Of a stretch of DNA of 64,000 nt, positions 1 to 10,313 are shown piece after piece. The notes under the pieces were generated by a model. That model was not told the DNA's origin. It saw nothing but the letters and a program-made list of their open reading frames with translations, and searched no databases. How positions within the stretch are numbered: the first letter of the stretch is position 1; the number at the start of each line of letters is the position of its first letter. A program made the position numbers and the translations under genes. Origin of the DNA: Bacillota bacterium (lineage in GTDB: Bacteria; Bacillota; DTU065); the NCBI GenBank assembly GCA_018435125.1, contig JAHDNZ010000029.1, forward strand, positions 3,735 through 67,734, in the 5' to 3' direction.

Positions 1-1
1 A

Positions 2-1066
2 AAACAGGAATTTCTAACCACCACCATTTTACAAGAATTTCTTGAGCAAAAAGGAATCACCGTCACCAAGCCTCTTAAAACCGGTCTTGTAGCTAGTATT
101 AAAAGAGGAAAAGGCAAAGTTATTGCTTTTCGAGCTGATATAGATGCCTTACCTGTTAAGGAAGAAACCAGCCTTGACTTTGCTTCTGGTCATGAAAATG
201 TAATGCACGCCTGTGGGCACGATGGTCATGCCGCTATTTTAGCTTTTACACTGCTTTGCTTTTTAGAAGATCCTTCTTGGCAGGGAGAGGTAAGGGGTAT
301 TTTTCAACCTTCCGAAGAGATGTATGGTGGAGCAAAACCGATGCTAGCATCCGGTGCTTTAAGCGGCGTAGATATGATCTTCGCGCTTCATATTTGGCCC
401 GAGCTAGAAGAAGGTGTTCTGGCTAGTACAGCCGGTACCATAATGGCTTCGAATGATCGCTTTAGTATTACCATCAAAGGTAAAAGTGCCCACGGAGCAA
501 CTCCTCATTTAGGTACCGATCCCATTGTTTCGGCTTGCAACTTAGTTTTGGCCTTACAGACCCTTATTTCCCGTGAAATTGCACCTTGGGAGGGAGCTGT
601 GCTTACTATCGGTAACATCTCTTCCGGAACAGCCTACAATATAATTCCAGCTGAAACGATACTAAACGGGACTATTCGCACTCTTAATAATACCACCAGA
701 GACAAGCTTGAAAAAGGGTTGCTAAGACTTTGCGACCATACCGCCAAAGCTTTTGGCACCGAAGCGGTGGTAGAATATGTAGAGCAGTACCCGCCCACTA
801 TCAATCACCTAGAAGCCCTTAAGCTGGTGCAAAATAACTTGCCTGCTGATTTAACCTATAGGGAAGTTGAACATCCTTCGATGGCGGCCGAGGATTTTGC
901 CTATTACCTCCAAGAAATACCGGGAGCGTTACTCTTTTTAGGAAGCGGTACTAAAGAATATGCCTATCCCCTGCATCACAGTAAGTTCAACTTTAATGAG
1001 AAGCTTCTAACCTATGGTGCTAAATTATTTCACCGTGTTGGCAAAGCCTATCTATCCCAAAGTTAA
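2..1066 (+). CDS. M20D-family amidohydrolase (N-acyl-L-amino-acid amidohydrolase-like), 5' end outside window
   Basis: Reading frame is open from position 2 and is in frame with the ORF at 203. Contains the MHACGHDGH metal-binding motif typical of M20D peptidases. Stop at 1066. Confidence 0.8.
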   Translation, partial: KQEFLTTTILQEFLEQKGITVTKPLKTGLVASIKRGKGKVIAFRADIDALPVKEETSLDFASGHENVMHACGHDGHAAILAFTLLCFLEDPSWQGEVRGIFQPSEEMYGGAKPMLASGALSGVDMIFALHIWPELEEGVLASTAGTIMASNDRFSITIKGKSAHGATPHLGTDPIVSACNLVLALQTLISREIAPWEGAVLTIGNISSGTAYNIIPAETILNGTIRTLNNTTRDKLEKGLLRLCDHTAKAFGTEAVVEYVEQYPPTINHLEALKLVQNNLPADLTYREVEHPSMAAEDFAYYLQEIPGALLFLGSGTKEYAYPLHHSKFNFNEKLLTYGAKLFHRVGKAYLSQS

Positions 1067-1177
1067 ACCCTATATTATAGACCTGTTAAGAAAAGAAGCC
1101 TTTTATGGGCTTCTTTTCTTGATATATTAAAAAGTCTTCGTTTCTTGTAGGTCTTATGAAAAGCTTTTTTATTTAGA

Positions 1178-2302
1178 TTAACTATCGCCAAAAGGACTAT
1201 TACGGTAGACTCTTTTCAATCTGACAGATAGTTCAGTTACAATTTCATAATGAATGGTATCGCTTTTTTCAGCCAGTTCCTCGACATTTATCTCCTCTTT
1301 TCCCTGTTTACCGATTAAAACTACTTCCTCTTCTTTTGACAGTTCAAAATCAAAGGGTACTTCTACCATAAACTGATCCATGCATATATTACCTACAATG
1401 GGAAATCTCTGCCCCTTAATAAGTACTTCTGTTCCTTTATGAGAAAGACGTCTGGTGTAACCATCGCCATAACCTACTGGGACTGTAACGATTTGGCAAG
1501 GCTTTTGAGTATAGTAGCTAGCTCCATAGCCAATCGGTTCATTAGCAGCTAACTTTTCGATGCGAGATACTCTAGCTTTAAGGGATAAAGCCGGCTCTAA
1601 ACTCTGCCATTTGGCATCAGGACTTGGTTTTAGTCCATAAAGGGCTATTCCTGCCCGAATGAATGTACTTCCTTGAGCTAATTTAAGTGTAGCTGCACTA
1701 TTGGCCCAATGCACTAGCCTGGGACACTTCTCTCCTAGTTCATTGGTAAGCGATTGCATCTTTTCCACCTGTAGCCTAGCCTTAGAATCATCCTCTAAAT
1801 CAGCTGTAGCTAAATGAGTAAAGATACCTTCGACTTTTAACCCCTCAAGTTTATTACAGGCCTCGAGTAAAGCTTGGGCTTTTTCGGGAAAAACTCCCAG
1901 CCGATGCATACCTGTATCTATCTTTAACTGCCCGGAAGCTTTTTTCCCCAAGGCTTTCCCGGCTTTGGCTAAAATCTCGGCTCCTCTATAGTCAGTAAAA
2001 GCTATGGATAGATTCCATCTGACTGCAAGCGGCACCTCTGCCTCAGGAATAGCTCCTAATACCAGAATAGGAGCAGCAATTCCGGCTTCTCTTAATTCGA
2101 TGCCCTCTTCCACCAAAGCTACCCCAAGCCAACTAGCCCCATTGGAAAGGACGGTTTTGGCAATGGGTATAGCTCCATGACCATAGGCATTAGCTTTAAT
2201 AACTGCCATAATTTGATTTTTAGGAGCTAAAGATTTTATAAACTGTAAATTATTCTTTACTGCTTTAAGATCGACTTCGATCCAAGCTCTTAAATCTACC
2301 AT
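1178..2302 (-). CDS. alr: alanine racemase
   Basis: 374 aa. PLP-lysine motif VIKANAYGHG. Full-length alanine racemase architecture. Confidence 0.9.
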   Translation of the reverse strand: MVDLRAWIEVDLKAVKNNLQFIKSLAPKNQIMAVIKANAYGHGAIPIAKTVLSNGASWLGVALVEEGIELREAGIAAPILVLGAIPEAEVPLAVRWNLSIAFTDYRGAEILAKAGKALGKKASGQLKIDTGMHRLGVFPEKAQALLEACNKLEGLKVEGIFTHLATADLEDDSKARLQVEKMQSLTNELGEKCPRLVHWANSAATLKLAQGSTFIRAGIALYGLKPSPDAKWQSLEPALSLKARVSRIEKLAANEPIGYGASYYTQKPCQIVTVPVGYGDGYTRRLSHKGTEVLIKGQRFPIVGNICMDQFMVEVPFDFELSKEEEVVLIGKQGKEEINVEELAEKSDTIHYEIVTELSVRLKRVYRNSPFGDS

Positions 2303-2331
2303 TAATATCAGCCACCTATTATTTTGCTATC

Positions 2332-3831
2332 TTAATCACCATAGACTTTTTTTAGAGCCTCAGGAATAAAGTCTATTATATCACGAGCTAAAAGTGAACG
2401 ACTGCCTAAGCTATCTTTAGCCAAATCACCGGCCAGACCATGAAGATAAACTCCGGTAAGAGCTGCTAAACTAAGGGGTACTCCTTGCATTAAAACTCCG
2501 CCTATAATACCGGTTAGCACATCCCCCGAACCAGCTGTGGCCATACCGGCATTCCCGGTTGGATTTAGATAAAAGGTACCATCACTTAAGGCAATAACCG
2601 TATGAGCGCCCTTTAAGATTACTGCCGCGCTTGTCTTTTTAGCAAGTGCTAGACTACAGCCGATGCGATCTTGAAGTAGCTCTTCTATGTTTTGTTCAGT
2701 CAGCCTACTCATCTCACCTGGATGGGGCGTAAGAATTAACTTTCCTTGATAAGCTAGCTTTTCTCTGGCTAAAAGAGTCAAAGCATCCGCATCTAACACT
2801 ACCGGCAGTTCTTTTTGGGCTGCTTGATCTAATAATTTTTTTAAGGCTAAAGCATTTTCTTTAGAAAGACCCCAACCCGGACCTATCATGAGGCAATTAC
2901 AGCTTGAAAGATCAAATTCAGAATCTGGTTTATATTCGCTAAGAATCATTTCCGGCACTAGCTGCTGGAGAATGGGGAATAATTCTTTTTCAACTACTGC
3001 TTGTACCACTCCGGCACCTGTTCTTAACGCAGCTGCTCCGCAAAGTGCTGCTGCTCCGCACATACCGGCCGAACCTGCCAAAAGTAATCCCTTACCGAAG
3101 GTGCCTTTGTGACTATCTAAAGGCCTTTTTAACATAGCCAAATCTTTAATTTCCGTAACCTGACCTCTAAGATTACTATCTTCTAAGAGCTGCGGCGGAA
3201 AAGAAAGCTGTTCAACTATGACTTTGCCTGCATAACTTGCTCCCGGATATAGATACAGGCCTAATTTTGGCAACCCAAAGGTTAGGGTATAGTCGGCTTT
3301 AATGGCTTCTTCTAGAATTTGACCGCTAGTGGCGTCAACCCCTGTAGGAATATCAAGAGCTACCACCTTGGTTAACGATGCATTCACGGCTTTGGCCACC
3401 CCTAAAATAGGCTCTTGTAAATCTCCTTTGGCTCCTATACCTATTAAGCCATCGACAATTACATCAGCTGCCATGATATGCCTTTGAAATTGTTTGTCAC
3501 TTAGTGGTAGTTCATTCACTTCTCCGCCTAGTTTTTCAAAAATAGAAAGATTGGTTTTTGTTTGCGGTGTAAGCTTATTTCGGTTTCCCACCAGATAAGT
3601 GCAGACACTTCCACCTTGCAGCTTTAATCTTCTAGCCACAACTAACGCGTCGCCACCATTATTACCACACCCAGCCAAAATAAGATAGCGACTCTTAAGG
3701 CCAAACTTTTCTAAAAGAAAACTCGTCGCTCTTTCTCCGGCTTGTTCCATTAAAACCAGACTTGAAAAGCCGTATTCTTTTTGGGTCTTAGAATCAATTT
3801 CTTGCATCTCATTACTAGAGACTAATTTCAT
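2332..3831 (-). CDS. nnr: bifunctional NAD(P)H-hydrate epimerase/dehydratase
   Basis: 499 aa with an N-terminal YjeF_N-like domain and a C-terminal carbohydrate-kinase-like domain. 4-nt overlap with acpS. Confidence 0.85.
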   Translation of the reverse strand: MKLVSSNEMQEIDSKTQKEYGFSSLVLMEQAGERATSFLLEKFGLKSRYLILAGCGNNGGDALVVARRLKLQGGSVCTYLVGNRNKLTPQTKTNLSIFEKLGGEVNELPLSDKQFQRHIMAADVIVDGLIGIGAKGDLQEPILGVAKAVNASLTKVVALDIPTGVDATSGQILEEAIKADYTLTFGLPKLGLYLYPGASYAGKVIVEQLSFPPQLLEDSNLRGQVTEIKDLAMLKRPLDSHKGTFGKGLLLAGSAGMCGAAALCGAAALRTGAGVVQAVVEKELFPILQQLVPEMILSEYKPDSEFDLSSCNCLMIGPGWGLSKENALALKKLLDQAAQKELPVVLDADALTLLAREKLAYQGKLILTPHPGEMSRLTEQNIEELLQDRIGCSLALAKKTSAAVILKGAHTVIALSDGTFYLNPTGNAGMATAGSGDVLTGIIGGVLMQGVPLSLAALTGVYLHGLAGDLAKDSLGSRSLLARDIIDFIPEALKKVYGD

Positions 3832-4208
3832 CTATATTCACCACCAATAACAATAACCTCAGCCATTGCCATACTTTCGGTGTGAGAAAGGCTAACCAAG
3901 ATCCTTACTGCGCCTTGTGTTTGGGATTTATTTTTGGCTGTCCCTCTGAGTTTGATATAGGGCGGTTTATTATCTTCTTTAACAATTATTATATCTTTTA
4001 GTCTTTGGCCAAATAAAGTCCAGCCAAATGCTTTTATTACGGCTTCCTTAGCTGCAAAACGGACTGCTAAAGATGGTATAGGATCTTTTTTGGTTTTCAC
4101 ATATTCTAGCTCTTCCTCAGCAAAAACCCGGGTTAAAAATCTAGCACTAACCTTTGTCCTAAACCTCTCTATTTCAACTAGGTCAACACCCAGACCAAGA
4201 ACCTCCAT
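3828..4208 (-). CDS. acpS: holo-[acyl-carrier-protein] synthase
   Basis: 126 aa of 4'-phosphopantetheinyl transferase size and pattern (GVDLVEIERF). Sits in the classic acpS-alr neighbourhood. Confidence 0.85.
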   Translation of the reverse strand: MEVLGLGVDLVEIERFRTKVSARFLTRVFAEEELEYVKTKKDPIPSLAVRFAAKEAVIKAFGWTLFGQRLKDIIIVKEDNKPPYIKLRGTAKNKSQTQGAVRILVSLSHTESMAMAEVIVIGGEYR

Positions 4209-4337
4209 TATTATTCCACCTTTTTTGGCTTACTGCGGCTTTAGTTTAAAAGAACTAAACAACTACTTCTAGTTTTTTGTAGGTGTTCCTGTTAATTTAA
4301 AAACTAGCAGGCAAGTTTTCAGCTTGCCTGCGTATTG

Positions 4338-5696
4338 TTAATCACCTTGATCAACCGAAGCTATGGCTGCCGCCACTTCATTAACTATCTTTCTTACTAG
4401 AACGCTGTCTTTGGCCTCACCCATCACTCTAACCAGAGATTCCGTACCTGAAGGGCGGACAAATAAACGTCCATCTTTACCCAATTCCTCTGTAGCTTTA
4501 CGTATAGCCTGCCTTACTACATCAGATTCCAATATCTTGATTTTGTCTTTAACCCTGACATTGACTAACAGCTGTGGGAAAGTAGGCATCTGAGCTGATA
4601 ATTCGGAAAGAGGCCTACTTTTTCTAACCAGAACTTCTAAAAGTCTTATCGCTGAGATCAAACCATCTCCGGTAGAATTATATTGGAGATAGATTATATG
4701 CCCTGACTGTTCTCCACCCAATATTAGATTATTCTTGCGCATCTCCTGAAGTACATAACGATCGCCGTTATCGGTAACGTGTACAATTCCGCCATGTTTA
4801 TGGATGACATCCCTTAGGCCTAAATTAGAATAGACCGTAACCACAATCCCGTTATTAGGTAGCTCCTCTTTTTCCAACAGATCCAAAGCCACAATTGCCA
4901 TTTGGTGATCGCCATCTACCAGCTCGCCCTTTTCGTCGACAAAGATCACTCTATCAGCATCGCCATCGTGGGCAATACCCAAATGAGCTCCCGATCTCAT
5001 AACTGCTTCTTTTAACTGTTCGGGATGAGTCGAACCACAGCTATGATTGATGTTTTTTCCACTTGGATCGGCATTGATAAGGATTAGCTCTGCACCTAAG
5101 CTTTCTAGTATCTTGGGTGCAATCTCATAAGCTGCTCCATTGGCACAATCTAAAACGATCTTATACCCCGCTAAAGAAAAGGTAGCTGTTTTAATTACAT
5201 AATCACTATATATATCTTTAGCATCCTCGATCTTTAAAAGACGCCCAATCTCTGCTCCGGTTGGACGAGGTAAAATGTCAGGGATAGGATTGCCTTTGTT
5301 ATCTACTATAAAGGCTGCGATTTTATCTTCCTGCTCGTCTGAGAGCTTAAAACCATCTTTATCAAAAAATTTTACCCCATTATCATCAAAAGGATTGTGC
5401 GAAGCAGAAATAACAGCTCCAAGATCGGCTTCTAAAATACGACACATATAAGCTATTGCAGGTGTAGGTAAGATACCTAAGTCATAAGCATCGGCACCAG
5501 AACTAGTTATACCTGCCATAAGTGCAGCCGCTAACATCTCCCCAGATAGTCTGGTATCTCTGCCAACTAGCACCTTACCATGGCCTTCTTTTACTGCTAG
5601 ATGACCTGCTACACGACCTAGCCGCATTACCATCTCTGGAGTCAACTGGCTATTAGCAATACCACGGACTCCATCTGTACCAAAAAACCTAGCCAT
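4338..5696 (-). CDS. glmM: phosphoglucosamine mutase
   Basis: 452 aa. N-terminus MARFFGTDGVRG. Active-site serine loop SASHNP. Confidence 0.95.
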   Translation of the reverse strand: MARFFGTDGVRGIANSQLTPEMVMRLGRVAGHLAVKEGHGKVLVGRDTRLSGEMLAAALMAGITSSGADAYDLGILPTPAIAYMCRILEADLGAVISASHNPFDDNGVKFFDKDGFKLSDEQEDKIAAFIVDNKGNPIPDILPRPTGAEIGRLLKIEDAKDIYSDYVIKTATFSLAGYKIVLDCANGAAYEIAPKILESLGAELILINADPSGKNINHSCGSTHPEQLKEAVMRSGAHLGIAHDGDADRVIFVDEKGELVDGDHQMAIVALDLLEKEELPNNGIVVTVYSNLGLRDVIHKHGGIVHVTDNGDRYVLQEMRKNNLILGGEQSGHIIYLQYNSTGDGLISAIRLLEVLVRKSRPLSELSAQMPTFPQLLVNVRVKDKIKILESDVVRQAIRKATEELGKDGRLFVRPSGTESLVRVMGEAKDSVLVRKIVNEVAAAIASVDQGD

Positions 5697-6619
5697 TAGT
5701 TTTCCCCCTCAACAGCCTTTTTTTTCTCCACCCTTATTTGAACCTTTTCGGGCCAAACCCCAACCCCTGCAGGTGCTTTTAATGCAACCTCTCCTGTATA
5801 AGGTAATTTTTTCAGCTCCACTGGTTCTGTATAGATGGTAGCAATTTTCTTTTTACTTCCAAAGATCAATACTTCCTCTGGAGTAATATTTATCTCCACA
5901 TCATTGTTTTGGTTTATCAAGTCTACTGCCACCTTAACTTTTTCTCCATCTTGTTTTACTACCTGCCAACTAACTTCAGTAAATTGGGGATCAAGCTCTA
6001 GGTTTTCAATTGTTTTACCATCCCTGGTTTTAATTTGAATAGGCAGGTCTTTCTTATACTGCCCTGGTTTTGTGGTAGACATATCTATTAAAATATTGGC
6101 TTTATTAGCTAAGTTAATTATAGATTCAGGTCCGCTTAAGGTTACTTTATTAGGTTCAATTGTTAGGTTTTCAATCATATAGTCTAAAGCTAAACCTCCA
6201 GTATATAAAGGTTCAATCTGTAACTCTTTAGTTACTTTTTTTTCCACTCTAACATCAACTTTATCTGGGTAATATTGAATTATATTAATTCCCTCGGGAG
6301 CCTTTACCGTGACTTTAAGGCTATGTTTTCCCGCACCTTTTCTTTCTAAGCTTGCGTAAACCAAGATATCATCCTGCTTTTGATTAAGATCCCAAAATGA
6401 GCCCGAAGTCTCTATAAAAACTTCCGGAACCTTAGATGTAATCATAGTTCCCTCTTTTAGGTCTGTAAGAATAACAGCCTTCATAATTCTTTGATACTGT
6501 TCTTTCTCACTAATATTAGGAACCTGCATGTTTTGTTGGGCAAAGATCCAGAAGATAATTGCAATGACTAAAGATAAGGCTCTTAAATACAAGTCGCTAT
6601 TATTAATTTTAATCTTCAT
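5696..6619 (-). CDS. cdaR: CdaA regulatory protein CdaR (YbbR-like)
   Basis: YbbR-like repeat protein with an N-terminal TM segment, between cdaA and glmM. Likely start is the internal ATG (MKIKINN), which overlaps the cdaA end. Confidence 0.8.
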   Translation of the reverse strand: MKIKINNSDLYLRALSLVIAIIFWIFAQQNMQVPNISEKEQYQRIMKAVILTDLKEGTMITSKVPEVFIETSGSFWDLNQKQDDILVYASLERKGAGKHSLKVTVKAPEGINIIQYYPDKVDVRVEKKVTKELQIEPLYTGGLALDYMIENLTIEPNKVTLSGPESIINLANKANILIDMSTTKPGQYKKDLPIQIKTRDGKTIENLELDPQFTEVSWQVVKQDGEKVKVAVDLINQNNDVEINITPEEVLIFGSKKKIATIYTEPVELKKLPYTGEVALKAPAGVGVWPEKVQIRVEKKKAVEGEN

Positions 6620-7427
6620 GCTTCTTCCCCTCCCGTCCAAAGGGCCAGAAACGTTCTATAGGTTTTCTGTTCGATAGCAGCCTTTCTTGTAACTGTTTGG
6701 GAGTTAGGTAACGTTGCAGCTTGCCGTCTTCTGCCAAAGAAATACTGCCTGTCTCTTCGGAGACTACCACAATTAAGGCATCTGAAATCTCAGAAAGGCC
6801 AACTGCTGCTCTGTGTCTTGTACCTAATTCTCTGGAAAGATCAAGATTATCTGAAAGGGGCAACAAGCAACCGGCAGCAATGATCCTATCTCCTTCAATA
6901 ATTACAGCACCGTCATGCAAAGCAGAGTTGGGAAAAAAGATCGTTTCTAGCATAGCTGCGTTTACAATGGCATCAATTAGGGTTCCTGTTTCTACATACT
7001 CCATAAGACCACTGTCTTGTTTAAGCACCATTAGGGCCCCTATACCTTGCTCTGAAAATTTTTCTGCTGCTTTAACGATTTCGCCTACCGCCTTTTGTGA
7101 CTGTCCCCGTTCAAATAGATTAAAACGCTCGTCTTTTTGGAAGAAATTGCCTCTTCCAAGTCGCTCTAAAGTTTTTCTCAGTTCGGGGTAAAAAACAATT
7201 GGCAAAGCCACCAGAAAAAGTGTCACCAGTTGCTGAATAAGCCAGTTTACGGTTTTAAAACCCAAAAACTTGCTGAAAATACTAGCTGCAAAAATGATAG
7301 CTACCCCTTTGATAAGCGAAACGGCTCTAGTTCCCTTAATAAATTGCATTGTTTTATAGACTACAGCTGCTACTAATAAAATATCGATGATGTCTAAAAG
7401 CCTAATATTTTGAAAGACGCTTAACAT
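6609..7427 (-). CDS. cdaA: diadenylate cyclase (c-di-AMP synthase)
   Basis: Three N-terminal TM helices plus a DisA_N (DAC) domain. Likely ATG start at 7427 preceded by a GGGAGG RBS. The ORF track extends to a TTG at 7454. Confidence 0.9.
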   Translation of the reverse strand: MLSVFQNIRLLDIIDILLVAAVVYKTMQFIKGTRAVSLIKGVAIIFAASIFSKFLGFKTVNWLIQQLVTLFLVALPIVFYPELRKTLERLGRGNFFQKDERFNLFERGQSQKAVGEIVKAAEKFSEQGIGALMVLKQDSGLMEYVETGTLIDAIVNAAMLETIFFPNSALHDGAVIIEGDRIIAAGCLLPLSDNLDLSRELGTRHRAAVGLSEISDALIVVVSEETGSISLAEDGKLQRYLTPKQLQERLLSNRKPIERFWPFGREGKKHED

Positions 7428-7706
7428 GCTAATACCTCCCGGCAAGCTAAGCAATTCTAGCTAAATCAAGTTTACTTTTTCTCTATCTTATCACTTAGGA
7501 GAGATTAATTAAATATTGTTAAGGAAAAAAGTAACCGGTAAATACCACCACTGTCTAAGAATATCACACACAAGTAGAGCTTTTGCTTCCTGGATAAATA
7601 TGCCAATAGGCTTTTAATTTTTTACCTACAGGGCGCCTTAAGCTTGCTTTTATTATCCTGCTGCTTAAATCCTCCCTTCAAGCTAGCAGGATTACTTATC
7701 AAAGTT

Positions 7707-7745
7707 AAAAGGGACTGAATAAATCAGTCCCCTTTAACTTTATTT
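7707..7745 (-). terminator. rho-independent terminator downstream of the tspO-like gene (also followed by a T-run on the plus strand)
   Basis: AAAAGGGACTGA-loop-TCAGTCCCCTTT hairpin followed by a T-run. Confidence 0.6.
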
Positions 7746-7748
7746 TTT

Positions 7749-8537
7749 TCAAGTTTTTAATATTTTTCTAATAACAAGTACTGATATAGCTATTATCAAT
7801 AAAACACCTACGCCAATAGCTAAATAAATGATAGCAGGATATTCAAAGGCAAAATTAGTAATATGTCTAATAACAATCCCAAACAGTGCCCAGACAATTA
7901 CTGCAGTGAAAAAAGGCTCTTTTTTGAGATAGAGAGATAAAAACCCAAGTAATCCCGCTACCACAATCATAGTTATGGTCCAATACATTTCACTTAAGCC
8001 AAACCTACCCCAATTTAAATCAACAGCAACTGCTGCGACGTTGGCAATTGTGGCCACACTAATCCAGCCTAGATAGATTTTAAAAGGTACCTGGACAAAC
8101 CAATATTCCCTTTTTGAAAAGTCTTGCCGTTTTTCTAAAACTTTATTTATGCTAATTAGTGAGAGTAAAAGAACTACCATTACAATAAGGGTTGAGGGTA
8201 TAAAAAAGTAATGCCAGAGAATAATCCAGGCGATATTGGCAAGCGAGCTTAATACAAATAGCCAGCCGATATCTGCTACAAGCCCTAACGGTTGTTCTTC
8301 CTTTTTGGTAAAAGCTCCGGCTTGAAAAAGCACAAAAAAGGTTAACCCCAAATAAATGACACCCCAAATAGCAAATGTAAATCCCGCAGGAACAAATAGA
8401 TTAGGATAAAAGGCAGACACTTCGCCGGTTTTAAAACCATTTATGGGTAAAATATTGGCTAAAGCATTGATAGCTACTGTAGCTAGAAACAAAATAACAT
8501 TTAAGATTGAAAGTGACTTTTTTTCAATATTCTCCAT
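7749..8537 (-). CDS. TspO/MBR (tryptophan-rich sensory protein) family membrane protein with C-terminal extension
   Basis: N-terminal 160 aa match the TspO pattern (LPINGFKTGEVSAFYPNLFVPAGFTFAIWGVIY). 262 aa in total with extra predicted TM helices. Confidence 0.7.
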   Translation of the reverse strand: MENIEKKSLSILNVILFLATVAINALANILPINGFKTGEVSAFYPNLFVPAGFTFAIWGVIYLGLTFFVLFQAGAFTKKEEQPLGLVADIGWLFVLSSLANIAWIILWHYFFIPSTLIVMVVLLLSLISINKVLEKRQDFSKREYWFVQVPFKIYLGWISVATIANVAAVAVDLNWGRFGLSEMYWTITMIVVAGLLGFLSLYLKKEPFFTAVIVWALFGIVIRHITNFAFEYPAIIYLAIGVGVLLIIAISVLVIRKILKT

Positions 8538-8935
8538 AACTATTCCGTTGCAGGTAAATTATAAAACTTATAAGTTTAGGTTTTATTTGACAACTCGTGA
8601 GCTTATCCTTGATGAAGGCTAACTTTAGTATAAGTTTTACAAACCTTTTACTCTTACAACGGCGGCTTCCCTCCTTTTTTTGCTAATCATAGTTAGTTTT
8701 TAACGTATTAGATATCCTCACCTATTATTTCCAGTTAAATTATGAATTCCCTTTTGTTAACTTTCAAACGTACACAAGTTTATGCCGGGTTTTTATTTTA
8801 CTACCCAAAATCCATAATTTCTCTAAAAAACACCTTTTCTTAGAAAGAACTACTTTTTCAAGCAGGAAAAATAGTTAATGACCAGAATTTCTTAACAGAA
8901 CCTTAACAATATTAAATGTTTGGAGGGAGATTAGT

Positions 8936-9805
8936 ATGAAAAGGTTCACCTTGTTATTAATTGTACTTTTACTTGTTAGCGTAGTCCCTGCTATGGCTTA
9001 TAAGAAGGACTTGGAAGTTCCCATAGGAGAAACGGCTCGCGGTATCGCTCTAAGCCCGAATGAAAAAACCATGTATGTTGGTGCCATCCGTGATAGAAAG
9101 ATTATAGCCTTTGACACCAAAAACGGTGACCTATTAGATGAAGTAAACTTAACCGATTTAAATGCCGGTGCTTGGGCTAAGGCTGTTTATGTCAATGAAA
9201 AAGGCGATGTCTATGCCCCTGGCAGTGATGTCTTGGAAATTTATCAATTTGATGCCGAACTTTTTCATGTAGATACCTATCCGATTGAAGACTTTGGCAT
9301 TGTTGACTGTGAAGGTGCTGTTGTCGATAAAGATGGCAACATCTACGCCGGTGATCGCAAAGGTGACGGTGGAATTTACAAATTAAAGTTTTATAAAAAC
9401 GAGATTGATCTCGATACTAAATGGGCTAATTCTGGCTGGGCTGATGTTGGTGATATTCGCTTAGCCTGTATCAAAAATGGCAATATCTATGCAGTTGATT
9501 TTGGTAATTCCATCCTTTATAAGATCGATTTGGCTACTGGTAAAGTAACCAAGCTAGCTACTTTAGATGCATCTGGTCATGCAGTTGCAGCCGATGATGC
9601 AGGTAGAGTTTATGTTTCTCACTACTCTAATCCTACTGTAGCTGTCTCGATTTGGGAAAATGGTAAAGTTTCTACACTTACTAGGGCCGAACTTGGAATC
9701 ACCTCTAATATCGGTGGTATAGCCGTTACCAAAGATGGCTCCAGACTGTTTTTAGTTGAAGAGCAATCTAATATCGGTGGTCTGGTAAGAGGTTACAGTA
9801 AATAA
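8936..9805 (+). CDS. secreted beta-propeller repeat protein (YVTN/NHL-like)
   Basis: Signal peptide MKRFTLLLIVLLLVSVVPAMA. Repeated GxxYV / DGNIYA / GNIYAVD blades. RBS GGAGGG upstream. Confidence 0.6.
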   Translation: MKRFTLLLIVLLLVSVVPAMAYKKDLEVPIGETARGIALSPNEKTMYVGAIRDRKIIAFDTKNGDLLDEVNLTDLNAGAWAKAVYVNEKGDVYAPGSDVLEIYQFDAELFHVDTYPIEDFGIVDCEGAVVDKDGNIYAGDRKGDGGIYKLKFYKNEIDLDTKWANSGWADVGDIRLACIKNGNIYAVDFGNSILYKIDLATGKVTKLATLDASGHAVAADDAGRVYVSHYSNPTVAVSIWENGKVSTLTRAELGITSNIGGIAVTKDGSRLFLVEEQSNIGGLVRGYSK

Positions 9806-9824
9806 AATAGCTATACCTATATTT

Positions 9825-9864
9825 AGCGAATAGATAACTAATACTTATCTATTCGCTTTTTTTA
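9825..9864 (+). terminator. rho-independent terminator
   Basis: 13-bp perfect stem AGCGAATAGATAA / TTATCTATTCGCT followed by T7. Confidence 0.8.
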
Positions 9865-10313
9865 TTTCAATCAAAAGGTATTAATAATCCTCTAAAACGT
9901 TCTGTTTCAAGCAAGGAGCCTCCCCGAAGAATAAGTGTAACTAGGCCTCCAGATATTTTTTAAAACTAAAACATGGTTTGTAAAAAAAGCGGACTTAAGC
10001 GATTATTGGCTAAAAATACTGCAGCGAAAAACCAATAGCCTCCAACATGTAAACAAAGTGGAGGCAAAGGATTGCAGATAACAATCTTAATAAGGGCCTA
10101 TGCTCTGTAAAATCCCAAAGAAAAAACTCTATCTCAAAGTAAGTCCCCAGATACCATCCTAGGTTAATATTTCAAGACTTCAAGCTAAGAAGGAAAAGTC
10201 GTGAAAAAGAAGGTCTTTGTTTTTTTTATGCGTATACTAAAGACAGGTTGCCAAAAACAGCCAAACTGCAGGAGATCTTTAGAGACTTTGGAGAAGCATA
10301 GGAGGTTATATGA

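Noticed and set aside
2888-3112. Numerous 60-190 aa ORFs antisense to or nested within confirmed genes. Examples are 2888-3112, 4090-4272, 4363-4593, 5835-6038, 6721-7191, 8152-8367, 12893-13150, 15475-15789, 18577-18873, 28413-28643, 35710-35922, 40467-40973, 46401-46964 and 52941-53272.
   Set aside because: They lie entirely inside strongly supported conserved genes on the other strand or in another frame. They have low-complexity or Ser/Pro/Leu-rich translations and no RBS, so they are typical shadow ORFs.
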